Source of the DNA: an uncultured Rickettsiales bacterium
GTDB lineage: Bacteria > Myxococcota_A > UBA796 > UBA9615 > CAYRNR01
DNA length: 64,000 bases
Direction: 5' to 3'
Assembly: GCA_964584075.1 (NCBI GenBank)
Contig: CAZOYV010000004.1
Span: 1,131 to 65,130 of the forward strand
How positions within the stretch are numbered: position 1 is the first letter of the stretch; each line of letters opens with the position of its first letter. A program made the translations under genes and the position numbers. Below are positions 28,509 to 36,881 of the stretch, piece after piece. The notes beneath the pieces were generated by a model. That model was not told where the DNA came from, ran no database searches, and saw only the letters and a list, made by a program, of their open reading frames with translations.

Positions 28509-31202
28509 TCAGTAGACCACCCACCGCGCCCAGCGCGACACGGGCTCGCCCGCGGCGATCCGTGCCTGCTGGGCCTTGCGCAGCGCCCCCCCCACGCCGA
28601 GCCGCTCCGCGCCCTCGAGGATCTCGGCGGGCAGCGCATCCTGTTCGTCCCCTGGCGGCGCGTCCCACAGCGGCACCAGCACCGCGCCGGCGCCGGCACC
28701 GCGCAGCGCCACCGCGACCGCGGGGGGGGCCGGGGAGCTCCACACCACGACCTGCGCCCCGGCGGCCCACTCCGCGAGCGCCCCGGTCTCGAGCCAGGCC
28801 TCGCCCCCGTTGGCCGCGGCGACCCCGATCCGGGCGCGCCCCGCGGTCCCGGCGTGGCGCTCCGTCGGCAGCGCCACCAGCACCACGTCGGCCCCCGCGA
28901 GGACGTCTCGCAGGGCCTCGGCGCGGGCGTCCCCGCCGTCTCGCACGACGGGGTGGCGGACCCTCCGCCCGAGCATCCCGAGCAGGGCCGCGCCGTCCCC
29001 CGGGCCCCGCGCCACGGCGGCCGCGCGGCGGAGCCTGGCGCGGGCCCCGAGGCGGTGCGGCGGCGCCCCCCCGGGCGCCAGCTGGACGACGGCGACGCGC
29101 TCCACCAGGTACCCACCCTCGCCCCGCAGCGCCGCCCAGGGGAGCGCGTCGAGCGGGGGAGCCGCCGAGATCGCCACGACCGAGGCTCCGTCCGGGCCGC
29201 CCAGCCGGTCCTCGAAGGGCCCGACGAGCTCCCGGTACAGGGTCCGGGCAGCCTCGTCCGCGTCCCGCGCCCCGCCCTCCGGGGGTGACGCGAGCACGCC
29301 GGCCAGCCGGTCGAGCTCACCGCGCTCGAGGGGGATCGCGCGGAACGCGACCGCGCCGTCCTCGACCCACCACGCCAGCGTCTGATCCTCGTGGCTGGCC
29401 ACGAACAGCCCCGCTGCCCCCCCGGGGACCGCGTCCCGCGCCGGGGTCGGGTCCGCGACGCCGTGCCGCCGCGCCCGCTCCCGCCAGTGGGCCTCGAGGG
29501 CCTCCTCGGGCTCGCCGGTCGCGGCCTTCCACGCGACCCACGCCTCGTGCGGAGCGCTGCGCTCGTCGGCCAGCGGCAGCGGTGGCTCCAGCACCTCCCG
29601 CGGCGCCAGGGTCTCCACCCCCTCGAGCGCGGCGCGCAGGTGGGCCTCGACGCCGGCGTCGTCCCCGAGCCGCCGGGCGACGCGGGCCAGCCCGAGGTGC
29701 AGGGCCCAGCCCGGACAGCCGTCCGCCGCGGCCTCGCCCAGGGCCGCCTCCAGCGCCGCCTCCGCGGCGTCGGCCTCGCCCGCCTCCAGCGATAGCCCGG
29801 CGCGGGCCGCGGTGGCCGCCGCCCAGGCCTCGCAGTGCCCGGCCTCGCGGGCCAGCGCCGCGACCCGGTCCAGCTCGGCGCGGGCCTCGTCGGTCCGGCC
29901 CACGTGCCGCGCCACGGCGGCGAGCACCGCCACCGCGAGCAGCGCGTCCTGCTCGGAACGATAGGCGGTGATCGCCCCCGGCGCGGCGAACGGGTCCCGG
30001 TTGTCCGCCAGCGAGCGCTGGGCCTGGCGCCGCGCCTCGTCCCAGCGCCCCGCGCGCAGCAGCGCCCCGGCCCAGCGCGCCCGCGCCTCGACCTCGCCAG
30101 CGGTGTCCCCGGCCTCGGCGTAGCGCGCCACGGCCTGCTCGAAGCCCTTGCGCGCCGCCTCGAGCTCGCCGCGGTGCGAGGCCAGGGCCGCCCGCCGGGA
30201 CCGCAGGTAGCCCTCGTCCCCGGCGTCCCCGCGGTCCCGCGCCTCTCGCTCGGCCTCCTCGAACCAGCGGTCGGCCTCCGCGACCCAGCCCTCCATCGCC
30301 GCGATCTCCCCCAGCCCGGTGCGCGCCGCCACCGAGCGCGGCCCCCCGACGCACGCCACGAACGCCTCGCGCGCCCGCTCGATCCGTCCCGCCTGCAGCG
30401 CCGCGAAGCCGGCCCCGAAGCGGTAGTCCGCCTCGACGCCGGAGGCCCCCGTGACGGCGGCGATCCGCGCCGCGTCGTCCATCGCCCGCCACGCCCCGTC
30501 CGCGTCCCCCGCGGCGAGCCGGTCCGCCCCCAGCGCGTAGATCGCCTCGGCGAGCTGGTCGAGGCCGGCGTAGCCGCTCAGCCCGGCCAGCCGCTCGTCG
30601 AGGTACGCCAGGGCCGCGCGGACCCCGTCGTCGCCGTCGTCGACCGAGCGGCTGAGCGACAGCGAGGTGTGCCCCGCCAGGCCGATCAGCGCCACGTCCC
30701 CCGAGGCGACGGTGGCCAGGACCGCGGCGTCGGCCCAGGCCAGCGCCTCGCCGAGCCGGCCGGCCTCGGCGTGGGCCTCGCACAGCCGCACGCGCACGAC
30801 CACCGGCGCCGCCCGGTCGGCTCCGGCGTCCGCCAGCGGCAGCGCCTCCTCGAGGGATGCCACCGCGTCCTCGCTGCGATCCCGCTGCTGGAACCAGGCC
30901 GCGAGCTCGAGCAGCACCGCCCGCTGCAGGGCGGTGTCCTCCGCTGCCCGGGCTGCCTCGATCGCGTCCCGGTACGCTCGCTCGGCCTCCGCGGCGGCGC
31001 CCTCCGCCGCCAGGCGGCGGGCCGCGGCGAGGCGTGCCGAGGGGTCCTCCGCGGCGCCGTCCGGTGGGCCGTCCCCGGGGGCCGCAGGCGGCTCCTCCGG
31101 CGGGCCCAGCGGGGCCGCCGAGGCCGACGGCTCGGGGCCCGCGAGGGCCCACGCCAGCGTCGCGATCGCGAGGGCAGCCCTCGAGCGGAATCCCAGCGGC
31201 AT
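28509..31202 (-). CDS. secreted TPR-repeat protein with C-terminal CHAT-like domain
   Basis: ATG 31202 with GAGAGGGGG RBS. Signal peptide MPLGFRSRAALAIATLAWALAGPEPSASA. Long Ala/Glu-rich TPR-like helical repeats. The C-terminus has CHAT-like blocks (PLDALPWAAL; ADVVLVALPTERHAG; VVVWSSPAPP; ...WARWVVY). Confidence 0.6.
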   Translation of the reverse strand: MPLGFRSRAALAIATLAWALAGPEPSASAAPLGPPEEPPAAPGDGPPDGAAEDPSARLAAARRLAAEGAAAEAERAYRDAIEAARAAEDTALQRAVLLELAAWFQQRDRSEDAVASLEEALPLADAGADRAAPVVVRVRLCEAHAEAGRLGEALAWADAAVLATVASGDVALIGLAGHTSLSLSRSVDDGDDGVRAALAYLDERLAGLSGYAGLDQLAEAIYALGADRLAAGDADGAWRAMDDAARIAAVTGASGVEADYRFGAGFAALQAGRIERAREAFVACVGGPRSVAARTGLGEIAAMEGWVAEADRWFEEAEREARDRGDAGDEGYLRSRRAALASHRGELEAARKGFEQAVARYAEAGDTAGEVEARARWAGALLRAGRWDEARRQAQRSLADNRDPFAAPGAITAYRSEQDALLAVAVLAAVARHVGRTDEARAELDRVAALAREAGHCEAWAAATAARAGLSLEAGEADAAEAALEAALGEAAADGCPGWALHLGLARVARRLGDDAGVEAHLRAALEGVETLAPREVLEPPLPLADERSAPHEAWVAWKAATGEPEEALEAHWRERARRHGVADPTPARDAVPGGAAGLFVASHEDQTLAWWVEDGAVAFRAIPLERGELDRLAGVLASPPEGGARDADEAARTLYRELVGPFEDRLGGPDGASVVAISAAPPLDALPWAALRGEGGYLVERVAVVQLAPGGAPPHRLGARARLRRAAAVARGPGDGAALLGMLGRRVRHPVVRDGGDARAEALRDVLAGADVVLVALPTERHAGTAGRARIGVAAANGGEAWLETGALAEWAAGAQVVVWSSPAPPAVAVALRGAGAGAVLVPLWDAPPGDEQDALPAEILEGAERLGVGGALRKAQQARIAAGEPVSRWARWVVY

Positions 31203-31502
31203 CGAACCCCCTCTCGGCGGACCTCCCCGGAGCGCCATGGTTGGCGCGATGATACCATCCGCAGATCCCGCTGTGACGGGCGTTTCCAAGGGCTCCCGGT
31301 CACGTTGACACTGGCAAAAACAGCATGGTAGCGTGACTCGATTCCGGCGTGTTCGCTGGACACCGAAAGGGGACTCTGACTCCTCGTTTCCCAGGTCCCC
31401 ACGGATGGGGGTTCGCCCGGGGAACTGGATAGAGCGGGATCCAGAGACCAGACCCACTTCAACCCAACTCCGCCCGACTCGATATTGCGAAGGAGAGTTG
31501 CC

Positions 31503-32048
31503 ATGGCCGACGCTACTCAGAGTGACCAGCGCCTCGTCGAGATCAACAACGAGCTCAACAAGATCCTCGAGGACCGCATCACCTTCTTGACCACGACGGT
31601 CAAGACCACCGAACGCCTGACCCAGCAGATCGCGTCCAACGAGCTGGACATCAAGCGGAACACCGAGATGCAGGGCAAGCTCGAGGACGAGATGAAGGGC
31701 ATCTCCAAGGAGCTCGACGCGCTCACGGAGACCACCGAGAGCCTGTCCTCCGAGCGCGACGCCAAGCAGAAGGAGAAGTACGCCAAGGAGAAGGAGATCC
31801 AGCGGATCGAGTGGGAGATCTCCGACAAGACCAAGTCCATCGAGAAGGACGAGGAGCGGATCAAGGACCTCGAGAAGGAGCTCGACAAGCTCGAGCGCGA
31901 GAACAAGAAGCTCAAGAACCGGGTCAAGGTCCTCGAGGAGGGCGTCGCCCGGATGACCAAGGTCAAGCAGGAGTACATGAAGCAGATCCAGGGCCTGAAC
32001 CAGGAGATGAGCAGCCTGGCTGGCCCCGGCGACGACGCCGGGGAGTAG
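31503..32048 (+). CDS. Lys/Glu-rich coiled-coil protein
   Basis: AAGGAGAG RBS 5 nt before ATG 31503. Heptad-like KE-rich sequence throughout. Preceded by a ~200-nt leader. Confidence 0.6.
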   Translation: MADATQSDQRLVEINNELNKILEDRITFLTTTVKTTERLTQQIASNELDIKRNTEMQGKLEDEMKGISKELDALTETTESLSSERDAKQKEKYAKEKEIQRIEWEISDKTKSIEKDEERIKDLEKELDKLERENKKLKNRVKVLEEGVARMTKVKQEYMKQIQGLNQEMSSLAGPGDDAGE

Positions 32049-32134
32049 GGTCCCGCTCACCCCTCGTGGGGGAGGCGAGCGACCCCGTCCTTCAACCGGT
32101 CCGATCCGTCGGACACAACGAGCTGGGATGAGCC

Positions 32135-33670
32135 ATGGCCAAGGACAAGAAAGAACCCGCGGAGAACGCGGAGCAGGAGCAGGCCGAGGAGGCCGCCGAG
32201 CAGGGCGGTGAGGCCAAGCAGCCCGCGCCGGGCGGGCAGTACGACAGCAACAAGGCGATCAAGGCCTGCCACGGCATCCTCGCCGGCATCCAGTCGGCCA
32301 ACGAGGAGCTGAACGAGGCGATCGTGGGACGGTTCGGGTACGCCGCTCGTCAGCGCGTGCTCGCCGCCGGGCTGCAGGCCGCCTCCAAGAGCGTCGAGGT
32401 TCCCTGGGAGCTCCAGCGCCAGACGATCATCCGCGGTGGCGCGGTGGCGGCGGGTGGTGGTGGCGCCGCCGGCGGAGACGACGTCGTCCGCCGCGACGAG
32501 CTCGAGACGATGGTCGATCACAAGATCGGGATGGCCGTCGACCAGGCGTTCGGCAAGCTGCGCGGCCAATCGGGCGAGCTGCGCATGATGATCGACGAGG
32601 CGGTCAACTCGTCGGCCGGCAACCTCGAGAGCCGGCTGCTCAGCGTGATGCGCGAGAACCTGACGGACTCGCTGCGGACGCTGGAGTCCTCGCTCGAGGA
32701 TCGGATGCGGGACTACCTGTCGTCGCAGTCGATCGACGAGGAGGTCCGGGTCCGGGAGGCCCTCCAGGACGTGCGCAAGGCCGCCGAGGAGGGCATCAAG
32801 GCCGCGGGCGGGGACGACGCCCTGATGGAGGAGATCGAGGACGTCCGCGACGTCGAGATGGACGTGGCGGACTACGACGTCGGCGACATCGAGGAGGTCC
32901 AGGCGTCGATGGAGGGCCTCGACGAGGAGGACCTCGACGACGACGCGATCGACGAGGACTTCGACGAGGAGATCCTCGCGGACGAGGCCAGCCCCAGCGC
33001 GGAGCTCGAGGCGGTCCAGGCCGACGAGCCGGTCGTCTCCGCCGCCGAGGAGGAGTTGATCGAGGCCTCCGAGGAGGAGATCGAGGCCGCGGAGGAGGAG
33101 TCCGCCGGCGGGGGCGAGGACGTCGCCATCGACGACGACTCCCTCGCCGAGGCGATGGCGGCGGCGACCGCCGAGGACGAGTCGGACCCCGAGGCGATCA
33201 ACCGCTACCTCGAGCTGGCCAGCAAGCTCCGCGGCCGCAAGAACTTCCCGGCCGCGCAGGAGCTGTACCAGAAGGTGATCGAGATCGACGACACCAACTT
33301 CGAGGCGCGCATCGGCCTCGGCGCGGTGCACCTGCAGACCCCGGACTACGACGCCGCCGCCGAGGAGTTCGAGCTGGCGATGACGGTCGATCCCGACAGC
33401 CCGGCGGGCTACCTCGGGATGGGCGAGGTGCACTTCCTGCAGAAGGAGTACCCCAAGGCGATCAAGCAGTACACCCAGTGCCTCAAGCTCGACGACAACC
33501 TGGCGCAGGCGTACTGCAACCGAGGGCTGAGCTACTACTACCAGAAGAACCACAAGAAGGCGTTCCTCGATCTCCAGAAGGCCTACAAGCTCGACCCCGA
33601 GATCCCGAACATCAAGAAGTACCTGCAGATGGTCATGAAGCAGCTCAAGAAGCGCGAGGGGAAGAAGTAG
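32135..33670 (+). CDS. acidic protein with C-terminal TPR repeats
   Basis: TPR consensus in the last ~150 aa (AAQELYQKVIEIDDTNFEARIGLGAVHLQ...AIKQYTQCLKLDDNLAQAYCNRGLSYY). Confidence 0.6.
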   Translation: MAKDKKEPAENAEQEQAEEAAEQGGEAKQPAPGGQYDSNKAIKACHGILAGIQSANEELNEAIVGRFGYAARQRVLAAGLQAASKSVEVPWELQRQTIIRGGAVAAGGGGAAGGDDVVRRDELETMVDHKIGMAVDQAFGKLRGQSGELRMMIDEAVNSSAGNLESRLLSVMRENLTDSLRTLESSLEDRMRDYLSSQSIDEEVRVREALQDVRKAAEEGIKAAGGDDALMEEIEDVRDVEMDVADYDVGDIEEVQASMEGLDEEDLDDDAIDEDFDEEILADEASPSAELEAVQADEPVVSAAEEELIEASEEEIEAAEEESAGGGEDVAIDDDSLAEAMAAATAEDESDPEAINRYLELASKLRGRKNFPAAQELYQKVIEIDDTNFEARIGLGAVHLQTPDYDAAAEEFELAMTVDPDSPAGYLGMGEVHFLQKEYPKAIKQYTQCLKLDDNLAQAYCNRGLSYYYQKNHKKAFLDLQKAYKLDPEIPNIKKYLQMVMKQLKKREGKK

Positions 33671-33886
33671 CGACCCCGCCCGCGACCGCGTAGCGCACTA
33701 CGCGCCCGACCCCCGACCCGCGAATTCCACTACGCCATTTTCCCGCTTCTCGCGACCCGCGGGAGCCGGAACGATCCACTCAACACCGTGGAATCGCTCG
33801 ACAATCAAAGTAATCCGAATAGACGTTCGAGGTGGCACGGCGCTTGCTTCTCGACTCCGCAACGCGAACGCGCACGGGAGTTGAAG

Positions 33887-34078
33887 ATGGTGAAGGACGA
33901 GCTCCGGACGATCAAGTACAGCGGTAGCGAGTGGAAGCGGACCCGTGGTGTCATGGCGCGCTCCTTCTACAAGGAGCTGCGGGACAACGGACTGACCAAC
34001 CAGCAGGTCATCGAGCTGTCGACCCAGCTGCTGCAGCTGGTCAGCTCCGACATCGAGTCGGCTCCGACGACCCGCTAG
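33887..34078 (+). CDS. small hypothetical protein (63 aa)
   Basis: GGGAG RBS 7 nt before ATG 33887. Clean helical composition (YKELRDNGLTNQQVIELSTQLLQLV). Confidence 0.4.
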   Translation: MVKDELRTIKYSGSEWKRTRGVMARSFYKELRDNGLTNQQVIELSTQLLQLVSSDIESAPTTR

Positions 34079-34103
34079 ACGACGAGTTCCCGCGCACGCC
34101 CTC

Positions 34104-34135
34104 CCCCGCACCCGTCCGGGTGAGGGGGTCGTTGC
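34104..34135 (+). terminator. candidate intrinsic terminator hairpin between convergent genes
   Basis: CCCCCGCACCCG-TCC-GGGTGAGGGGG: an interrupted ~11-bp stem followed by TCGTTGCGTCT. Confidence 0.3.
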
Positions 34136-34167
34136 GTCTGGTGGTCGGCGAGCCCGGGGACAGGCTG

Positions 34168-35238
34168 CTAGAAGTAGATCAGCACCGAGGCGCCGCCGCC
34201 GACGGGGCTGTAGTGCTGCCACTTGCGGTAGAAGTACGGCGCCCGCGCGGCGATCGTGATCTCGACGTTCTCGCGCGGGAAGATCTTGACCCCGGCCGCC
34301 GCCTCGTAGAAGCCGAAGTACTCGGTGGTGCAGTGCTCGTCCTGGGCGCCCTCGTCCCCGCACTCCTCGCCGGACGGGGCGTCGTAGACCAGCATCTTGC
34401 GGATCGTGTTGTGGCCCGTGGACTCCAGGAAGATGTGGAAGGTGGTGGTCGGCTTGAACGCCAGGTTCAGTCCGGCGTGCAGGTCCCAGTGCCACGGGGT
34501 GAAGCGCATGTCGAACCCCAGCTGGAACTGCAGCGAGACCGGCACCCCGAGCTTGGCGATGCCCACGCCCCAGAACGGGTCGACGCCGAACAGCGCCCCC
34601 GGATCGGCGCCGCCCTTGATCGCCAGCCCCGCGGTCATCAGCCCGCCGGTGCGGGTGTCCTTGACGATCGCGACCTTGGGCCCGGCCACGACGGCGATGC
34701 CGAGGCCGTGCCCGAAGTGGCGGATGTGGCCGAAGACCGAGAAGTTGCGGAAGAACGCCCACTCGAGGCCGAAGTTGTAGTTGAACGTCGACTGGTAGCC
34801 GTACGCGATCTGCAGGTGGACCTTCTTGCGGGTGTTGTTGGTCAGGAACAGGAACGGCTCGACGAACCCCATCTCCTCGTACTTGGCACCCCGCTCGCCA
34901 CCTCCGGCGACGTCGACCCACTCGGGGGCCTCGGCCTCGGCCTCGTCGAGCAGCGCCCCCTCGAGCTCCTTGATGCGCCGGCTGATCTCGCTCTTGTAGG
35001 GCGTGCTGGGGTACGTGTCGAGGTAGCGGTACCAGGCGTCGAGCTCCTCCTCGATGGGCAGCCCGTCGAGCTCCTCCTTGAAGGCCCGGTAGATCTTGAG
35101 GCTGTCGGTGTCCTCCGGCTCCTCGTCATCGATGATCAGCTCGTCCTCCTCGTCGTCCTGGGCCCACGCCGGCACGGCCGGCAGCAGGCTCAGCACCAGG
35201 AGCCACGAGAGGGTCGACCAAGCGCGCCGCGGGTGCAT
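34168..35238 (-). CDS. outer-membrane beta-barrel protein
   Basis: Signal peptide MHPRRAWSTLSWLLVLSLLPAVPAWA. Alternating amphipathic strands. C-terminal ...SVLIYF with a terminal aromatic. GGAGG RBS. Confidence 0.6.
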   Translation of the reverse strand: MHPRRAWSTLSWLLVLSLLPAVPAWAQDDEEDELIIDDEEPEDTDSLKIYRAFKEELDGLPIEEELDAWYRYLDTYPSTPYKSEISRRIKELEGALLDEAEAEAPEWVDVAGGGERGAKYEEMGFVEPFLFLTNNTRKKVHLQIAYGYQSTFNYNFGLEWAFFRNFSVFGHIRHFGHGLGIAVVAGPKVAIVKDTRTGGLMTAGLAIKGGADPGALFGVDPFWGVGIAKLGVPVSLQFQLGFDMRFTPWHWDLHAGLNLAFKPTTTFHIFLESTGHNTIRKMLVYDAPSGEECGDEGAQDEHCTTEYFGFYEAAAGVKIFPRENVEITIAARAPYFYRKWQHYSPVGGGASVLIYF

Positions 35239-35380
35239 ACAACCTCCACAGGGTGCGGCGACGGTGCCGCGGACCGGAAGAGCCGCCCTATCTAAGTACA
35301 AAACAGAGCCCGATTTCAAGCGGCGGGCGTCGGGTTCTCTCCCGCGTGCGCGCCCGGGGGCGTGGTATCGTGACGGACCC

Positions 35381-36022
35381 ATGGAGTTCGAGGGCTACCT
35401 CCGGGAGATCGCGTCGCTGGTCGAGACCCTCGATCCGGGGGCGCGGCTGCTCGACGACATGGACCTGCACGTGGCGGGCGAGTGGTTCGCCGACGGGGTC
35501 CCGCTGGAGACCGCGCTGGCGGGCGTCCGCAAGGGGGCGGTCCGGCTTCGGCGGCTGAAGCGGCCCCCCGACGGCCTCCCGCTGAGGCGGCTCCGCCCGG
35601 ACGTCGCGCGCGAGCGGAAGCGCAGGGCGAGGCGCAGCGCGGCGGCCCCCGCCGCCGCTCCCCCGCCGCACGCGGCCCCGGAGGGCGGCCGCTGGCGGGC
35701 GGTGGTGCGGCGCATCGCCGCCGAGGTCGGGGGCGCACCGCAGACCCCGCTGGAGGCCCTGGCCGACGAGCGCGGGCTGGGCCCCGAGCAGGCGTTCGTG
35801 CGGTTCGCCGAGATCTCCCGGGAGCACTACCGCCGGCAGCTCGACGCGATGGACCCCGCCCGGCGGGCAGCGTGGACCCTCGAGGTGGGCGAGCAGGACG
35901 CCGATCGGCTCGCGGCGATGAGCCCCGAGGCGCGGCAGAAACGGCTGTCGGTGCTTGTGAGGCGCCGCCTGATTGCCGAGAATCCGGTTCTGGATCCGGA
36001 TCGCTTCTGGGACGAGGAGTAG
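35381..36022 (+). CDS. hypothetical protein, upstream partner of DnaC/DnaI-like ATPase
   Basis: ATG 35381. Its stop lies 4 nt before the next gene start, within that gene's GAGGAG RBS. Low-complexity Arg-rich middle. Confidence 0.45.
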   Translation: MEFEGYLREIASLVETLDPGARLLDDMDLHVAGEWFADGVPLETALAGVRKGAVRLRRLKRPPDGLPLRRLRPDVARERKRRARRSAAAPAAAPPPHAAPEGGRWRAVVRRIAAEVGGAPQTPLEALADERGLGPEQAFVRFAEISREHYRRQLDAMDPARRAAWTLEVGEQDADRLAAMSPEARQKRLSVLVRRRLIAENPVLDPDRFWDEE

Positions 36023-36026
36023 CCCG

Positions 36027-36833
36027 ATGATGCGCCGCGCGCCCCCCTCGAAGAGCTACGTCGTGGCGCCGGCCGGGCCGTACGCCGTGGCGCGGCTGAC
36101 CCGCCCCGACGGCTGCCCCGAGTGCGGGGGCCGCGGCGTGGTCGCCGAGACCGACGAGCGGGGCCGCCGGACGATGCGCCCTTGCGGCTGCCGGGCCGAG
36201 CGGCGCCGCGTCGAGCTGTTCAACCGGGCGCGCGTCCCGGCCCACTACGCCGATCGCCCGATCGGCACGTTCAGCCCCAGCGGCCACGAGAGCCAGGGGC
36301 AGGCGTTCCAGGCGGCGCGCACGCTGATCGAGGAGTTCCCGGAGACCCGCGGGCTGGTGCTGAGCGGACCGGTGGGGGTCGGCAAGACCCACCTCGCGGC
36401 CGGCATCGTCCGCGAGCTGACGCTCGAGGCCGGCGTCCCCTGCGCGTTCGTCGACTTCCTGGCGCTGCTGCACGATCTGAAGGCGACCTACGAGCGCCGC
36501 GAGGGCACCGCCGCGCTGATGGAGTCGCTGGCCGAGGTCGACGTGCTGGTGATCGACGACCTGGGCAAGGGCCGCGGCAACGACTGGGAGCTCGAGGTCC
36601 TCGACGAGCTGGTGGGCCGGCGCTACAACGCCGGCTCGACGCTGATCGCGACCACCAACTACCGCGATCAGGTCGCGGGCGAGTCCCACGCGCGGGAGGG
36701 GTTCTCCAGCGAGAGCCTGGCCCAGCGGGTCGGCGATCGGATCTACTCGCGGCTGTGCGGGATGTGCGATCTGATCGAGGTGGAGGGCGCCGACTACCGA
36801 CTCTCGAGAGCAGCGCGGCGGAGGAGACAGTAA
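36027..36833 (+). CDS. DnaC/DnaI-like AAA+ ATPase (helicase-loader family) with N-terminal Cys4 zinc ribbon
   Basis: Walker A GPVGVGKTHLA, Walker B VLVIDDLG, and CPECGG...CGC. Resembles DnaC/IstB-type. Confidence 0.8.
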   Translation: MMRRAPPSKSYVVAPAGPYAVARLTRPDGCPECGGRGVVAETDERGRRTMRPCGCRAERRRVELFNRARVPAHYADRPIGTFSPSGHESQGQAFQAARTLIEEFPETRGLVLSGPVGVGKTHLAAGIVRELTLEAGVPCAFVDFLALLHDLKATYERREGTAALMESLAEVDVLVIDDLGKGRGNDWELEVLDELVGRRYNAGSTLIATTNYRDQVAGESHAREGFSSESLAQRVGDRIYSRLCGMCDLIEVEGADYRLSRAARRRRQ

Positions 36834-36881
36834 GATCGGAGACAGCCGCGGGGCCACCGGGCCCCCGGGAGGAGCGGGCCG

